Shown in pieces: positions 8,236 through 18,684 of a stretch of 32,000 bases of DNA. The stretch is taken from NCBI RefSeq assembly GCF_008000775.2, contig NZ_CP042905.2, positions 420,001-452,000 of the forward strand, written 5' to 3'. Position 1 is the first letter of the stretch. Every line of letters begins with the position of its first letter. The position numbers were made by a program, and so were the translations under genes. This DNA comes from Promethearchaeum syntrophicum (lineage in GTDB: Archaea > Asgardarchaeota > Lokiarchaeia > Sigyniarchaeales > Promethearchaeaceae). The notes below the pieces were generated by a model. The model was given only the letters and a program-made list of their open reading frames with translations, made no database searches and was not told the origin of the DNA.

Positions 8236-9456
8236 ATGGTTGAACATAATTATCTCAAAAAAATTTTGCCCTTTTTTAAGGAAGGGACTGATTTCTCAAA
8301 AATTGGAAAACCTACAGATGTTCTTGATTTAAATCTCATAGATCTTAAAGATTATGACCCAAATTGGACACCATTTTTTGAAGACGCTGATGAAGAATTA
8401 AAAACTATTAAAGATCTCGCGCAAAGTAAAGATGATGTTGTTATCGAAGGTTTAGATCCTGCTGAAACTCGCAAAATTGGGATTATTGCAGAAATGATAT
8501 TTTGGCACATGACTCAGATTGCTGAATACGGTGAAAAACAGAAAAAAATCGTTTTCTTTGGATTGGGTAATGCAGGTAAAACAAGTTTACTTACCGCTTT
8601 GTCGGAGAAATATTCCACTATGAAGGAAATATTACCCACTCGTGGTTTATCACGCCAACAGACTAAGATTTTTGGCTATCAAGTATCAAGTTTTGATATG
8701 GGAGGGCAAGAAGAATACAGAAAAAGCTATTTTGAAAAAGCAGATATGTACTTCTCAGAGACAGATATACTTGTTTACTGCATTGACATTCAAGATACAG
8801 ACCGATATGATGAATCCTTAGATTATTTTAAGAAAATTTTAGATACTTATAAAAAGCACAAGCTTTCAATGCCTGTTCTTATCGCATTTACCAAATTTGA
8901 TCCTGATTTGATTAATGATGAAAATCTAAATGCAAGTCGTATTAAATTAATCGATAAAGTCGAGAAATTATGTGATGATTTTGAAGTTGGCTATGTAAAT
9001 TCATCGATTTATGAGAGAAACTCAATTGAAAACTTATTTTCACTTTCACTGAAACGAGTTTCGACAAGTGGAGGCGTTATTCAAGAATTTTTGGAGCAGT
9101 TTACTAAAAATATTGATGCGCGAGCAACATGTTTAATCTCTTCTACAGGATTAGTATATGGTACTTTTGGAGAAACTCATCAAGAAGAGGAGATGCTTAA
9201 GAATAGTGCAGCATATTTGCAGAATTTATATCTATTTCATATAACCCAACAAGGTTTAAATATTCAGAAAGAAGATTTTTATGAATTGCATTATTCCAGA
9301 AATAATTTACACTTTGTTTCAGAATATATTACAATGGCAGAAAATGATGGCGGTTTAGTCTATCTGTGGATACTTACAAATAATCTACGAAAGGAAATTC
9401 TCGGAATTCCAAAATTCAGAGAAGATATTCAACCTTTAATTGAACTGTTTATATAA
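8236..9456 (+). CDS. Arf/Rag-like small GTPase with N-terminal extension and C-terminal roadblock/longin-like domain
   Basis: P-loop FFGLGNAGKTSLL, switch II FDMGGQEEYR, FTKFDPD (NKxD variant); C-terminal ARATCLISSTGLVYGTFGE... resembles a roadblock/LC7 fold. Confidence 0.82.
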   Translation: MVEHNYLKKILPFFKEGTDFSKIGKPTDVLDLNLIDLKDYDPNWTPFFEDADEELKTIKDLAQSKDDVVIEGLDPAETRKIGIIAEMIFWHMTQIAEYGEKQKKIVFFGLGNAGKTSLLTALSEKYSTMKEILPTRGLSRQQTKIFGYQVSSFDMGGQEEYRKSYFEKADMYFSETDILVYCIDIQDTDRYDESLDYFKKILDTYKKHKLSMPVLIAFTKFDPDLINDENLNASRIKLIDKVEKLCDDFEVGYVNSSIYERNSIENLFSLSLKRVSTSGGVIQEFLEQFTKNIDARATCLISSTGLVYGTFGETHQEEEMLKNSAAYLQNLYLFHITQQGLNIQKEDFYELHYSRNNLHFVSEYITMAENDGGLVYLWILTNNLRKEILGIPKFREDIQPLIELFI

Positions 9457-11340
9457 TTTCCTTACTAATATATTCATTTTTTTTTCAAGTTCTTCAATTT
9501 CATCCCGTTCTATTTTCACCAACCTATAAGATTCTGTTAAATTTTGAGCAATCACCGCGATTTCCTTCATTATTGGACTATTGGCTTGGTTTGGGATCAT
9601 TAATGGTATGTTGATCAAATCTTTAATATAAAATTGGAGATAATTGCCACGAACATGCGTATGATTGAAGTATATTTTATAATAGGTTGAAATTAGTTCT
9701 GAATTTAAAATTCCGAGTAAACAATAAAATTCTTCTTCTGGATTAGAGAACCATTTATCAGGATTATATAAAAAAAAGTTTTCAATTGGATTTTCAGGTT
9801 TTTGCTTACGTACCAGGAGTATTAGGGAGTTATTTGCATAATATTTCAAGAAATCTACTGCCGCTTGAATTTTAGTTCCAAATAACTTAATAAAAATTTT
9901 AGGAACTGCTTCAAATATCCACTTTTCACGAAAAGATCCATATTCTCCTGTTTTTCTATTTATAATTTTAGGATCATAGTGAATCCATAATCCTTGCCAT
10001 GCAATATGAAAGCGTTCTACATGGTATCGGCTAGTAATTGCATGTTTGTATGATTTATCTTGGATAGGAGGATTGGTTGTAATTATTTTATTCTTAATAT
10101 TCCCAGTATGAACACCTTTCCTTAAATCGTAAGGGGAACCAATATCCCCTATTCGGAATGTATCACCTTTCTCATTTAAATTCCAAAAATGATCTAATAG
10201 TTCAATATTCATTGAGTTTAATGATGTTGAAATTATATTTTTTGGTGATTTCAAAAAAAAAGACTGAAGAACCTGGTTGATTGGATATGTCTCATAATGA
10301 AGAAAAAATGAATCTAATTCTTTAATATCATTAATTTGGACCAATTTTGTCTGAAAATTTGAAAATTCTAAAATATTTTGACCTAATTTTTGGAACACAA
10401 TGATTATTGGATAGGTTGAGGATGCTTTAAACACTATCAAATGAGAGACATCAATAATATAATCAATATGAGTCTTAGTAAGTAAGATTTTTCTTATTTT
10501 TTGACCATAATCAGATACAAGCCATTTATTTGTGATGATAATTCCAGCCCATCCGCCTGGTTTTAATAACTTTATAATTTTTTCTAAAAAGAGAATCGAC
10601 AGATCAAATTTTTTAAAAGCGCTTTCATAATTCCTCTTTAAACTATTCCAATTTTTGTCTGGAATTGCGCGAGATTCAATATACGGGGGATTTCCAATAA
10701 TCACATCAAATTGATCTGTCTGTTCCAAGTAAGGATCAAGAAGTGAATCAATATTTTTCCAAACTACTCTTTTAATTGGTATTTGATTCGCAATTTTTAT
10801 TGCTGTTGGATCAATATCAAATCCAAAATATTCAGTATCATTGATGTTATTATGTTTTAATTCATTTTCTAAATCTTTCAACCACCAATGTGTAAGAAAT
10901 CTTCCCGTTCCACACGCAATATCTGCGACTTTTGTTTTTTGTTTACCACTCTTATTTTTGATTTTTTTTTTTTTAGAATCCTCTTGATATTTGCTATGTT
11001 TAATTAGATCTATTATAAAAGAAATAATTTTACGTGAGGTATATACCTTTCCAGGCTCTCTTTGTTTAGGATCCTTTACTATAATTTTCAATTTTCTGTT
11101 TTCTAGAGTAAGCTCATGTTCATAAAAGAATTGATAAACAGAACCCAATGGATCTTGTTGATCTGGGGCATTCGAAAGCAATTTAGAATATTTTTTCCGA
11201 TTAATCAGCAATTCATTCATAAATTTGTTCCAAAAGTTCTGTAATGTATTTAATTTCGCGAGATCTTCTTTGCTAGAATTTGCTCTCTTAATATATTCGT
11301 GAAATTGTTTCTCTATTGATTGATAAAAATGATTTTTCAT
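9436..11340 (-). CDS. N6-adenine DNA methyltransferase, Eco57I/TaqI-like, with putative C-terminal specificity domain
   Basis: Motif I VADIACGTGRFLTHWW, motif IV NPPYIES, LKPGGWAGIIITNKWL; C-terminal YCLLGILNSELISTYYKIYFNHTHVRGNYLQFYIKDLINIPL typical of TaqI-like specificity regions. Confidence 0.88.
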   Translation of the reverse strand: MKNHFYQSIEKQFHEYIKRANSSKEDLAKLNTLQNFWNKFMNELLINRKKYSKLLSNAPDQQDPLGSVYQFFYEHELTLENRKLKIIVKDPKQREPGKVYTSRKIISFIIDLIKHSKYQEDSKKKKIKNKSGKQKTKVADIACGTGRFLTHWWLKDLENELKHNNINDTEYFGFDIDPTAIKIANQIPIKRVVWKNIDSLLDPYLEQTDQFDVIIGNPPYIESRAIPDKNWNSLKRNYESAFKKFDLSILFLEKIIKLLKPGGWAGIIITNKWLVSDYGQKIRKILLTKTHIDYIIDVSHLIVFKASSTYPIIIVFQKLGQNILEFSNFQTKLVQINDIKELDSFFLHYETYPINQVLQSFFLKSPKNIISTSLNSMNIELLDHFWNLNEKGDTFRIGDIGSPYDLRKGVHTGNIKNKIITTNPPIQDKSYKHAITSRYHVERFHIAWQGLWIHYDPKIINRKTGEYGSFREKWIFEAVPKIFIKLFGTKIQAAVDFLKYYANNSLILLVRKQKPENPIENFFLYNPDKWFSNPEEEFYCLLGILNSELISTYYKIYFNHTHVRGNYLQFYIKDLINIPLMIPNQANSPIMKEIAVIAQNLTESYRLVKIERDEIEELEKKMNILVRKLYKQFN

Positions 11341-11718
11341 ATTATAATTTCACATTTTAAACAAAGAAAAGCATGTATTTAAGTCCCTACTAATGAAAAT
11401 CTAAAATAGTTAGAAATATTATTTTTTATTTTCCTTTTAAATGGTCGCTGTATATTATCAATTTTCTAATTAAAGTAATTAAATAAAGAAAATCTGTTCT
11501 TAGTATCACATATTTCCTATTGATAAATCCATATTGTCGGGAATACTTATATAGAGTTGCGAGAATGTTTAGTTATACTCGAAAAATGTAATCCTTTATA
11601 AAGGAGATCTCATCTCATAATTTCATCACAAAAAGTTCAAAGAAGCAATAATAAAATAGTTCTAAATGTTCAGATTCAAAAGTCAGAAGACTCTGAATTA
11701 CCATTCCAATTTCTAGAA

Positions 11719-12087
11719 TTGATGGTTGCGGAGATTTTTCTACGCGAAGGTATAGAAATTATCCCAATGAAAGAAGGTAATTGTTATCAAATCTCATTTA
11801 ATCATATTGAAAGTTTAGAATTGTTTATCGATCAATTCATATCTCCATGCAAGTTTCCTGAACCAGAAATAAAGCACAATTTTATAATTCAATTTGCTTT
11901 TGAAATTTTACCAAAAATTTTTCTCGATCGAGAATTACTCCTTTCGATTAGAAGAAAGTTCCAAAAACTGGGCATTCAAATTCAATTTAACCAAATGACC
12001 CACATTCATGAATTTATTTTTCCTACCGAAGAAAATTATGTTCTATGGCTTTTGGAATTCATTCAAAGAAAGTCTAAAATTTGCTGA
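11719..12087 (+). CDS. Small hypothetical protein; start uncertain
   Basis: Track start is TTG. The frame stays open upstream (…KIVLNVQIQKSEDSELPFQFLELMVAEIFLREG…) back to a stop at 11599-11601, with no ATG in frame. Confidence 0.5.
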   Translation: MMVAEIFLREGIEIIPMKEGNCYQISFNHIESLELFIDQFISPCKFPEPEIKHNFIIQFAFEILPKIFLDRELLLSIRRKFQKLGIQIQFNQMTHIHEFIFPTEENYVLWLLEFIQRKSKIC

Positions 12088-12230
12088 ATTTGCTGATTTT
12101 CTTTCTCTTATTTTGTATGATTAATTTATCAAAATTTGAAAACAAAGGCGAAAAAAAGGCGAAAGAATCCGTTTTTAATACTAAGAAAAAGAAAAATTGA
12201 GAAAAAAAAAAGAATTCTTAATAAAAAATT

Positions 12231-13265
12231 TCACATCTTAAAAATTCTCTTTAGTAATGGTGGAACTCCTAACGCTCCAATTACAACAACCAAACAATAT
12301 TTAATGCCTCGTGTTATAAAATATATACCTGGAGCAAGGTCAAATAGCATTCCTAAAAGAAAATAGCTCCCAAAAGTAATTACAAACCCGATTAAAAGAG
12401 CCAAGATAGTTTTCAAAAGATCTAATTTATCAGGATCGTATTTTACATATTCCTCTTCGATCGGAAATGCAATTGATGCACCTAAAAGAAGACCACAAGA
12501 AACACTTAGATCGTGAATAACTCTTTGTATACCTGTCCAATCAGAATTATTTATTAAGAGTAAATTCAATAACAAAGAACTAAAAATCCATAATCCTAAG
12601 GAACATGCAACTCCGATCAGAATTTTCTTCTTTAAACTCCAAGTTCCGAATATTGAGGAAAAAATTGGTTCAAAATGCATATATGTTGTAATCATTAGCA
12701 ATCCGAGCATAGTTCCTCCTATTATATCTTGTAAATCATGGACACCTATAATCACTCTTGAGATGGGAACCAAGATTATAAGAAACATTGCGAAAATACG
12801 CCATGGAATTCGTTTTTTCTTCTCTTCACCTTTGAAATTAAAAAATGTATACCCCCAAAAGCTCAAAGTGCCAGAGGAATGACCACTAGGAAATCCGTAC
12901 CCCTCAGCTTGACCCACGATATTTGAAGGCGGTCTTGGATCTAAAAATAAACTTTTAGAGAAATCTGATAAATGAGTTGTAATAAGAAAACCAATCAGTA
13001 ATTTTTTAGCGAATTTCTTATTAATTCCAAAGTAAAACACACAGAAGAATACAATATATAGTTCTTCATCACCAAATATGGTAATTATATTGAAAATATC
13101 ATATACAATGCCCTCACCTACATAAAACGCTTCATTAAGCTCCAAAGCTAATAATATTGTGCCAATAACTAAAATTACAACTGCCACTATGATGTTTATA
13201 TTTATCTGTTGTTTTGTAATTTCATGATAAGGTTCATATTTTTTTTCTTCATTCATAATTTTCAC
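12231..13265 (-). CDS. PAP2-superfamily membrane phosphatase
   Basis: KRLFLDPRPPSN...YGFPSGHSSG...SRVIIGVHDLQDIIGG matches the three PAP2 motifs; multiple TM segments. Confidence 0.85.
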   Translation of the reverse strand: MKIMNEEKKYEPYHEITKQQININIIVAVVILVIGTILLALELNEAFYVGEGIVYDIFNIITIFGDEELYIVFFCVFYFGINKKFAKKLLIGFLITTHLSDFSKSLFLDPRPPSNIVGQAEGYGFPSGHSSGTLSFWGYTFFNFKGEEKKKRIPWRIFAMFLIILVPISRVIIGVHDLQDIIGGTMLGLLMITTYMHFEPIFSSIFGTWSLKKKILIGVACSLGLWIFSSLLLNLLLINNSDWTGIQRVIHDLSVSCGLLLGASIAFPIEEEYVKYDPDKLDLLKTILALLIGFVITFGSYFLLGMLFDLAPGIYFITRGIKYCLVVVIGALGVPPLLKRIFKM

Positions 13266-13429
13266 CTTAATGAATAATTTTGCTTTAAGGAATTAAAATA
13301 GTTTTGAAAATTTTTTTAATCTGAACGCAAAGATACTCAAAAACGACTTAATTTTAAGGTGGGAAGAGTAGGTTATAGTTTGGTTGTTAAACTTACACAA
13401 TTATCAATATCTGTATAATTTAAATTTTT

Positions 13430-15457
13430 TTAATAGCGGCGTTTGTGAATGTATTTATGGGCATATGAGCGAATTTTCTTACCCGCCAGTACATGAAGAT
13501 TTCTCAATGCGCGAAGACTAACAGGATTAAATCGATCAATTGGTAAATAAATAATTTTTACATGAACTCTGGCAGCAATGCTGTAAAAAATGTTATCTGG
13601 CTTATTTTTTGCAACATATGTAATAAAAGGTTTTTGAGCAAATAATAATGCTGCTAACAACAAGCGATCTGCTTTTTTCTTGGCTATTGGATAATTTTTT
13701 AAAAATTTATCATTCCATATATCAGGAATATTACGAGGAGGATAGAAAGACACAACTCCTCCTAATTCGATTCTCGATATTCCCGGCCCAACAAGATCAA
13801 TTCCAGGAAATGTACTATAAAACGCTAAATCACTTTCTTTCAAATGCTCTGCGAACCAAATTTGTTTATGTTTGAACAAAATATCACTTTCATCACGATT
13901 AAAGATAATTACAACCGAATCAACTTCTCCACGTATAGTTATTTTCTCTTTCACGTAAATCTTCTTTTTATATGCCCAGTTTCGAATAGTTTCTCTGAAA
14001 TCAATACCATCCATTAAAGTGGATGTAAATTCATGAATCTTAATATGATCATCTTTCAACAAATTCATTGACCTGGTTCTTACATGCCGAAAGTAATTTT
14101 CTTCAAAAATATCTTCAGGAAGGTAGGAAACAAGGTTCCATTTATTTTTATCCCAGACTGATCTCCATTCACCTTTTTTTGATTCTTTTGGTTTGGGCTT
14201 AAGTGGTAATTTTATTTTCTGAATTTTCAATGGTATTGTTCTGCGCAATTTGAAATATTTACCGTCCAGTAAAATTCCTTCATCAGAAAAACTCAAACTA
14301 TCTAATTTATCATCGTCTTTTGCATAAGGGTATAATTTGCATTCGTTCCAAACAACCCAAGCGAAGTTATCATTGATTATACTTTTCGATGCTAACACAA
14401 TATCGAATAGCACAGGTGTTATCCTGTTTTCGATTAACGGAAGGTTTCTTATATATTGGAATAGAGATTTTAGTTTATGTAAGCTGATTTTTTCATCATA
14501 TTCTTGTTTATATTGATCTACAGCGCGTTGCAATATTATTTTTATTGAATTAAATTGGTCCATTTTCAATAAATCTATTTGATTAGATTCTCGAAATGGA
14601 AGTTTATCAATCACTTTCTTTTGTCGATTACGGAATATTTCATATTGGAACACAATATTTGGGGTTTGGATCATTATTTTAGGCAGATCATCTTGAAGAA
14701 TATTGAATAATTTTGCATCCACTGAAGTGGAAAATGATGTAGTGATATCTTCAGAAATAATATTGTGTTCCAATAAATATTTAATTTTTTCCCAATGTGC
14801 TAGGCCCATCACCACTAAAATTTGTCTATTTTTATTAGATATCATGATTTCACTCAATTTCGCTGCCATAAAATGATTTCGGAGTTCATCAATATCTTTT
14901 GAACTTTGCATCCAATTTTGAGCATTCACTCCTGATAAATCTTTCAGATAACTTTCGGATTCGAGAAGGAATTGTTCGTCGAGATTATTTTTTTGCTTTT
15001 TTTCTTGTTCAGATTTCTCTTTTTGAAACTTAAATTCAGCAAGATCTTCAAATTTCATTTCTTTTTTAACGATATCATAAAATTCCTCTAAAGAAAGTTT
15101 ATTTAACACATATGAATCTGGTAAATTATGAAATTCAGGGTTATAATTCTTCACAAATAGATCTATAAATTCAACTGGAATTCCATACTCTTGGGCTAAT
15201 CGAATTGATTCAATTAATGAATCAGAAGGAGTAATTGGGATGAATAATTGTTGTTTTAACAGTTCATCATAATAAAGAACCAATGAAATTGAAGGGAACC
15301 GATTAATTCCAGTGATAATTTGGGTTCGAAGATTTTCGGGGAACTCAACACAAATTAGATCGGGAGGATTTTGGTAAAAAGCCGCTCTTACTTCATATAC
15401 AAAATCCAGATTTGAATGATAGGTAGGGATTATCGTTAAATTTTTGTATTTAAGCAT
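13430..15457 (-). CDS. DUF5682 / TraB-like conserved protein (erythromycin-esterase/TraB-type fold)
   Basis: IPTYHSNLDFVYEVRAAFYQNPPDLICVEFPENL at the N-terminus and ILVVMGLAHWEKIKYLLEH later. Located immediately downstream of a MoxR-like ATPase on the same strand. Confidence 0.55.
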   Translation of the reverse strand: MLKYKNLTIIPTYHSNLDFVYEVRAAFYQNPPDLICVEFPENLRTQIITGINRFPSISLVLYYDELLKQQLFIPITPSDSLIESIRLAQEYGIPVEFIDLFVKNYNPEFHNLPDSYVLNKLSLEEFYDIVKKEMKFEDLAEFKFQKEKSEQEKKQKNNLDEQFLLESESYLKDLSGVNAQNWMQSSKDIDELRNHFMAAKLSEIMISNKNRQILVVMGLAHWEKIKYLLEHNIISEDITTSFSTSVDAKLFNILQDDLPKIMIQTPNIVFQYEIFRNRQKKVIDKLPFRESNQIDLLKMDQFNSIKIILQRAVDQYKQEYDEKISLHKLKSLFQYIRNLPLIENRITPVLFDIVLASKSIINDNFAWVVWNECKLYPYAKDDDKLDSLSFSDEGILLDGKYFKLRRTIPLKIQKIKLPLKPKPKESKKGEWRSVWDKNKWNLVSYLPEDIFEENYFRHVRTRSMNLLKDDHIKIHEFTSTLMDGIDFRETIRNWAYKKKIYVKEKITIRGEVDSVVIIFNRDESDILFKHKQIWFAEHLKESDLAFYSTFPGIDLVGPGISRIELGGVVSFYPPRNIPDIWNDKFLKNYPIAKKKADRLLLAALLFAQKPFITYVAKNKPDNIFYSIAARVHVKIIYLPIDRFNPVSLRALRNLHVLAGKKIRSYAHKYIHKRRY

Positions 15458-15504
15458 AGAAATGCTTTCCTTTTGAACAATTTTTTCTGATTTTCTTTAT
15501 ATCT

Positions 15505-16812
15505 TTATTTAATTTCTTTTTTTTTATTGTCTGTATCTTTCATTTCATCCTTTTGCTTTTTGCTTTTCTTCTTACTCTTCTTAGCTAAAAATTTCCTTAC
15601 GATTTCATTTGGATCTTTTTCTGTGAAATCATCTAATTCATCTATAAAAAATGGATCTAAATTTTCATAAGGATCTTCTTCTTCATCTTTTTTCTCTATG
15701 ATATGAATTACATCTGTTGCATCTTCATCATCTAAGAATTTTTTGTCTGACAAGCCTTCACTCTCTTCAGTCTCTAGAAATAAAAAATCGTCATCATTAA
15801 TATCTACCTTCCGTTTATCATCTGTTAAATCTTCAAAATTTTCATCTAGTAGATCTTCTTCATCAATTTCCATCAATTTATTAAAAACTTTCTTTAAAGG
15901 TGAGTCAGATGCAATTTTATGCTCAGATTTTTCCTTTTCATAAAGGAATTTTAACCCTTCATTATCTAAAATTTGCTTTACGGATTGCCTAAAAAGTAAA
16001 TAATCAATTAAATTTTCATCTTCATTTTTGTCATTTTCTTCTGTTTTATTGGTAGATTCTGCAGAGAATTTAGACATTTTCATATAATATCGACAAATAT
16101 TGATTCCATCACGTGCTGTGAAATCCTTATTGCGTAAATGAGATTCCTGTAAAAAATTTACAGTATATGTGATTAAATCTTTTTTTGCAAATGGGAGATT
16201 GAACTCAAGGATTTTGAATTCTTCGTCTTTACTTGGAAAATCAATGAATATTTGAGGTTGGAGTCGAGAATGGATATACTCCGGCACTTCAAAGGTGCTT
16301 GAGTCTTCATTCATTGTACAACAGATTCTAAAATTAGGATGTGCATTCACCTTTATTCCCGCTATTATAGATTCTATGTATCGTCTTTGATCTAGAAGGG
16401 GTGCCAAACTTGCCCATGATTTCTCTGACATGCGATTTGCTTCATCTAAAATGCAAATTCCCCCCTTAATCATGGCAGTTACGAGTGAACTCGCGTGATA
16501 TTTAATTGTGTTGTTTTCTCCAATTACTGGTGAAATTAACAGATCTTCAGGACGGGTATCAACGGTGCATTGAAATATATAAACCGGGAGATTTAATTTT
16601 TTTGCAGAAGAATATGCTAAAGTTGTTTTTCCAACTCCTGGTTTTCCCAAAATCTGTGGATTCATAGGTATATCTTTCTTATTATCAACCAAAATCCATG
16701 ATGCTAATAATTGAGTCATATAGGTTTCCCCACCAATCCATTCCATATTAGGAATTTCATCGGGTAAACTTAAAATCAATTCTACATCTCCAATTTTTAC
16801 TTTCGTAACCAT
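15505..16812 (-). CDS. MoxR/dynein-like AAA+ ATPase with acidic/charged C-terminal tail
   Basis: Walker A GKPGVGKTTLAYS, Walker B GGICILDEANRMS, sensor region FRICCTMNEDS; tail rich in D/E then K. Confidence 0.88.
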   Translation of the reverse strand: MVTKVKIGDVELILSLPDEIPNMEWIGGETYMTQLLASWILVDNKKDIPMNPQILGKPGVGKTTLAYSSAKKLNLPVYIFQCTVDTRPEDLLISPVIGENNTIKYHASSLVTAMIKGGICILDEANRMSEKSWASLAPLLDQRRYIESIIAGIKVNAHPNFRICCTMNEDSSTFEVPEYIHSRLQPQIFIDFPSKDEEFKILEFNLPFAKKDLITYTVNFLQESHLRNKDFTARDGINICRYYMKMSKFSAESTNKTEENDKNEDENLIDYLLFRQSVKQILDNEGLKFLYEKEKSEHKIASDSPLKKVFNKLMEIDEEDLLDENFEDLTDDKRKVDINDDDFLFLETEESEGLSDKKFLDDEDATDVIHIIEKKDEEEDPYENLDPFFIDELDDFTEKDPNEIVRKFLAKKSKKKSKKQKDEMKDTDNKKKEIK

Positions 16813-16957
16813 TTTTTTTCTCCCGACAAATTTAAACTTAATTCTAAAAAATGAATCTGATGGTAAAAACCTATTTTTTATCGTCTTCCCTCTGGATTCA
16901 ATTTTATAATTTAACCATAAATTTTATTTTGTGTAATTATTTGTACAAAATACTGAA

Positions 16958-18124
16958 ATGATGATTCTAGATAAGCCATATGTATCAAAATTTTTAGAAG
17001 ATTCTTTAATTGAAATGCAGATCCCCGTTTTAAAAAATAAAGCGCTTGAAGAATTAAATCTGAGTTCTAAAATCTTAACCATTGATGAAGAAGAGTTTAT
17101 TAAACGAGTTAAAAACTCTCAAATACCCCATATATTCAGTAACTCGGAAAATTCGATAAATTGGATCAAGGAAAATCTAAGTTTTACAGATCTTCCTAAT
17201 AAAATTTCCATCTTCAAAGATAAAGTTGAATTCAGAAAAATCATGAAACCTTTTTATCCTAATTATTACTTCCAAAAAGTTAATTTCAATGAATTAGGAA
17301 AAATTGATGTTTCCAAGATGCAATTTCCATTTATCATTAAACCTGCAGTTGGATTTTTTAGTTTAGGTGTTTATCTTATTAAAAATTTGGAAGAATGGCC
17401 TAAAATCATCAAATTTATCCAACGAGATATGAATAATATTAATAAAATTTTTCCGATTGAAGTAATAGATTCATCATCTTTTATCATCGAAGAAAATATT
17501 GAAGGAGAAGAATATGCTGTTGATGTGTATTTTAATTCTAATGGAAGACCTGTGATATTGAATATTTTAAAGCATTATTTTGCCTCTCCAGAAGATACCA
17601 GTGATAGATTATACATAACCTCTAAAAATATCATCGAAGAATCTCGGGAAATCTTTCTTGAAACCTTAGAAAAAATTAGTCAAGCTACTCAAATAAGAAA
17701 TTTCCCAATGCATATAGAATTCCGTGTTGATGAAAATAATAATATCGGTATTATTGAGGCAAATCCTATGAGATTCGCAGGATTGTGCGTAACTGATTTA
17801 GCGTATTATGCATGGAGAACGAATAATTATAAATTGTTTTTTGAACAAGAAGCGCCCGATTGGAATCAAATCTTGAAGGATAAAGAAGGAAAAATATTTG
17901 CTATGATTGTTGGTAATATCCCTGCAGACATTAATTTACGCGATATTAAATCAGTTGATTACGAAAAATTCGCTAAGAAATTTAAAAAGCCCCTTGATAT
18001 CCGAAAAATTAATTACCATGAATTTCCCTTATTTGCCATCGCGTTTGCAGAATTTGATGAAAATAATTTAGCTGAGATGAATGAATTTCTTAATGATGAT
18101 TTTAAAGATATTATATCTCTTTAA
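16958..18124 (+). CDS. ATP-grasp domain protein
   Basis: FPFIIKPAVGFFSLGVYLIKN...SFIIEENIEGEEYAVDVYFNSNGRPVILNI...HIEFRVDENNNIGIIEANPMRFAG. Confidence 0.85.
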   Translation: MMILDKPYVSKFLEDSLIEMQIPVLKNKALEELNLSSKILTIDEEEFIKRVKNSQIPHIFSNSENSINWIKENLSFTDLPNKISIFKDKVEFRKIMKPFYPNYYFQKVNFNELGKIDVSKMQFPFIIKPAVGFFSLGVYLIKNLEEWPKIIKFIQRDMNNINKIFPIEVIDSSSFIIEENIEGEEYAVDVYFNSNGRPVILNILKHYFASPEDTSDRLYITSKNIIEESREIFLETLEKISQATQIRNFPMHIEFRVDENNNIGIIEANPMRFAGLCVTDLAYYAWRTNNYKLFFEQEAPDWNQILKDKEGKIFAMIVGNIPADINLRDIKSVDYEKFAKKFKKPLDIRKINYHEFPLFAIAFAEFDENNLAEMNEFLNDDFKDIISL

Positions 18125-18684
18125 TTGCGTAATTTATTACATTTCTTTCGAATTCGGGAATTAAAATTCTTGATTCAAGCAAAATCTTCTAAAATTTCAT
18201 TATAATTAAAAAAAAATGCCAAGTTGGAAAAAGATCATATCAAAACCCCCCTATTTTTTTTCTTGCTCGTTTATATTTAGAAAAACAACCATAAAAATGA
18301 GCTATTTATCACATCAATATTCGGGGACATTGCTTAAAAAATCTCTAATTATAAAATTATTGAAATTTTCTTTTATTATACAATTTTTGATTATAAATTG
18401 TAAGATCCGGTTTTAATTTCGCATGAAAATCATTAAAAATTACGATCTAGATCCTTGATCTTAAAAAAAATATATGATTTTTTTCAAGTCGGGCGATATA
18501 TCACGAGATGGTCAATTCAGATTTTGTCGGATAAATTTTAATCCAATTCATTCAGATCGTAAAAATTAGGGAAGATTTAAATATTCAACACACCATATTT
18601 TATTTAGTAGTATTCCATCATTAATTAAAAATTTTTGATTTGAAAATAATTGTGGAATACTCTAAAAAGCGGAGAATATTAAAA

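Noticed and set aside
6010-11485. Shared ttctaattaaagtaa-type string near 6010 and 11465, considered as a common promoter motif
   Set aside because: Short and AT-rich, expected by chance in this composition; would need genome-wide enrichment to claim.
12136-12366. 76-aa plus-strand ORF rich in Lys
   Set aside because: Overlaps the 3' end of the PAP2 gene and translates AT-rich spacer; likely spurious.
13648-13875. 75-aa plus-strand ORF, and similar 15743..15943
   Set aside because: Antisense to the DUF5682-like and MoxR-like genes; no motifs.
18216-18416. 66-aa minus-strand ORF in the 18125-18640 spacer
   Set aside because: Low-complexity AT-rich translation, no family resemblance; kept as probable non-coding.
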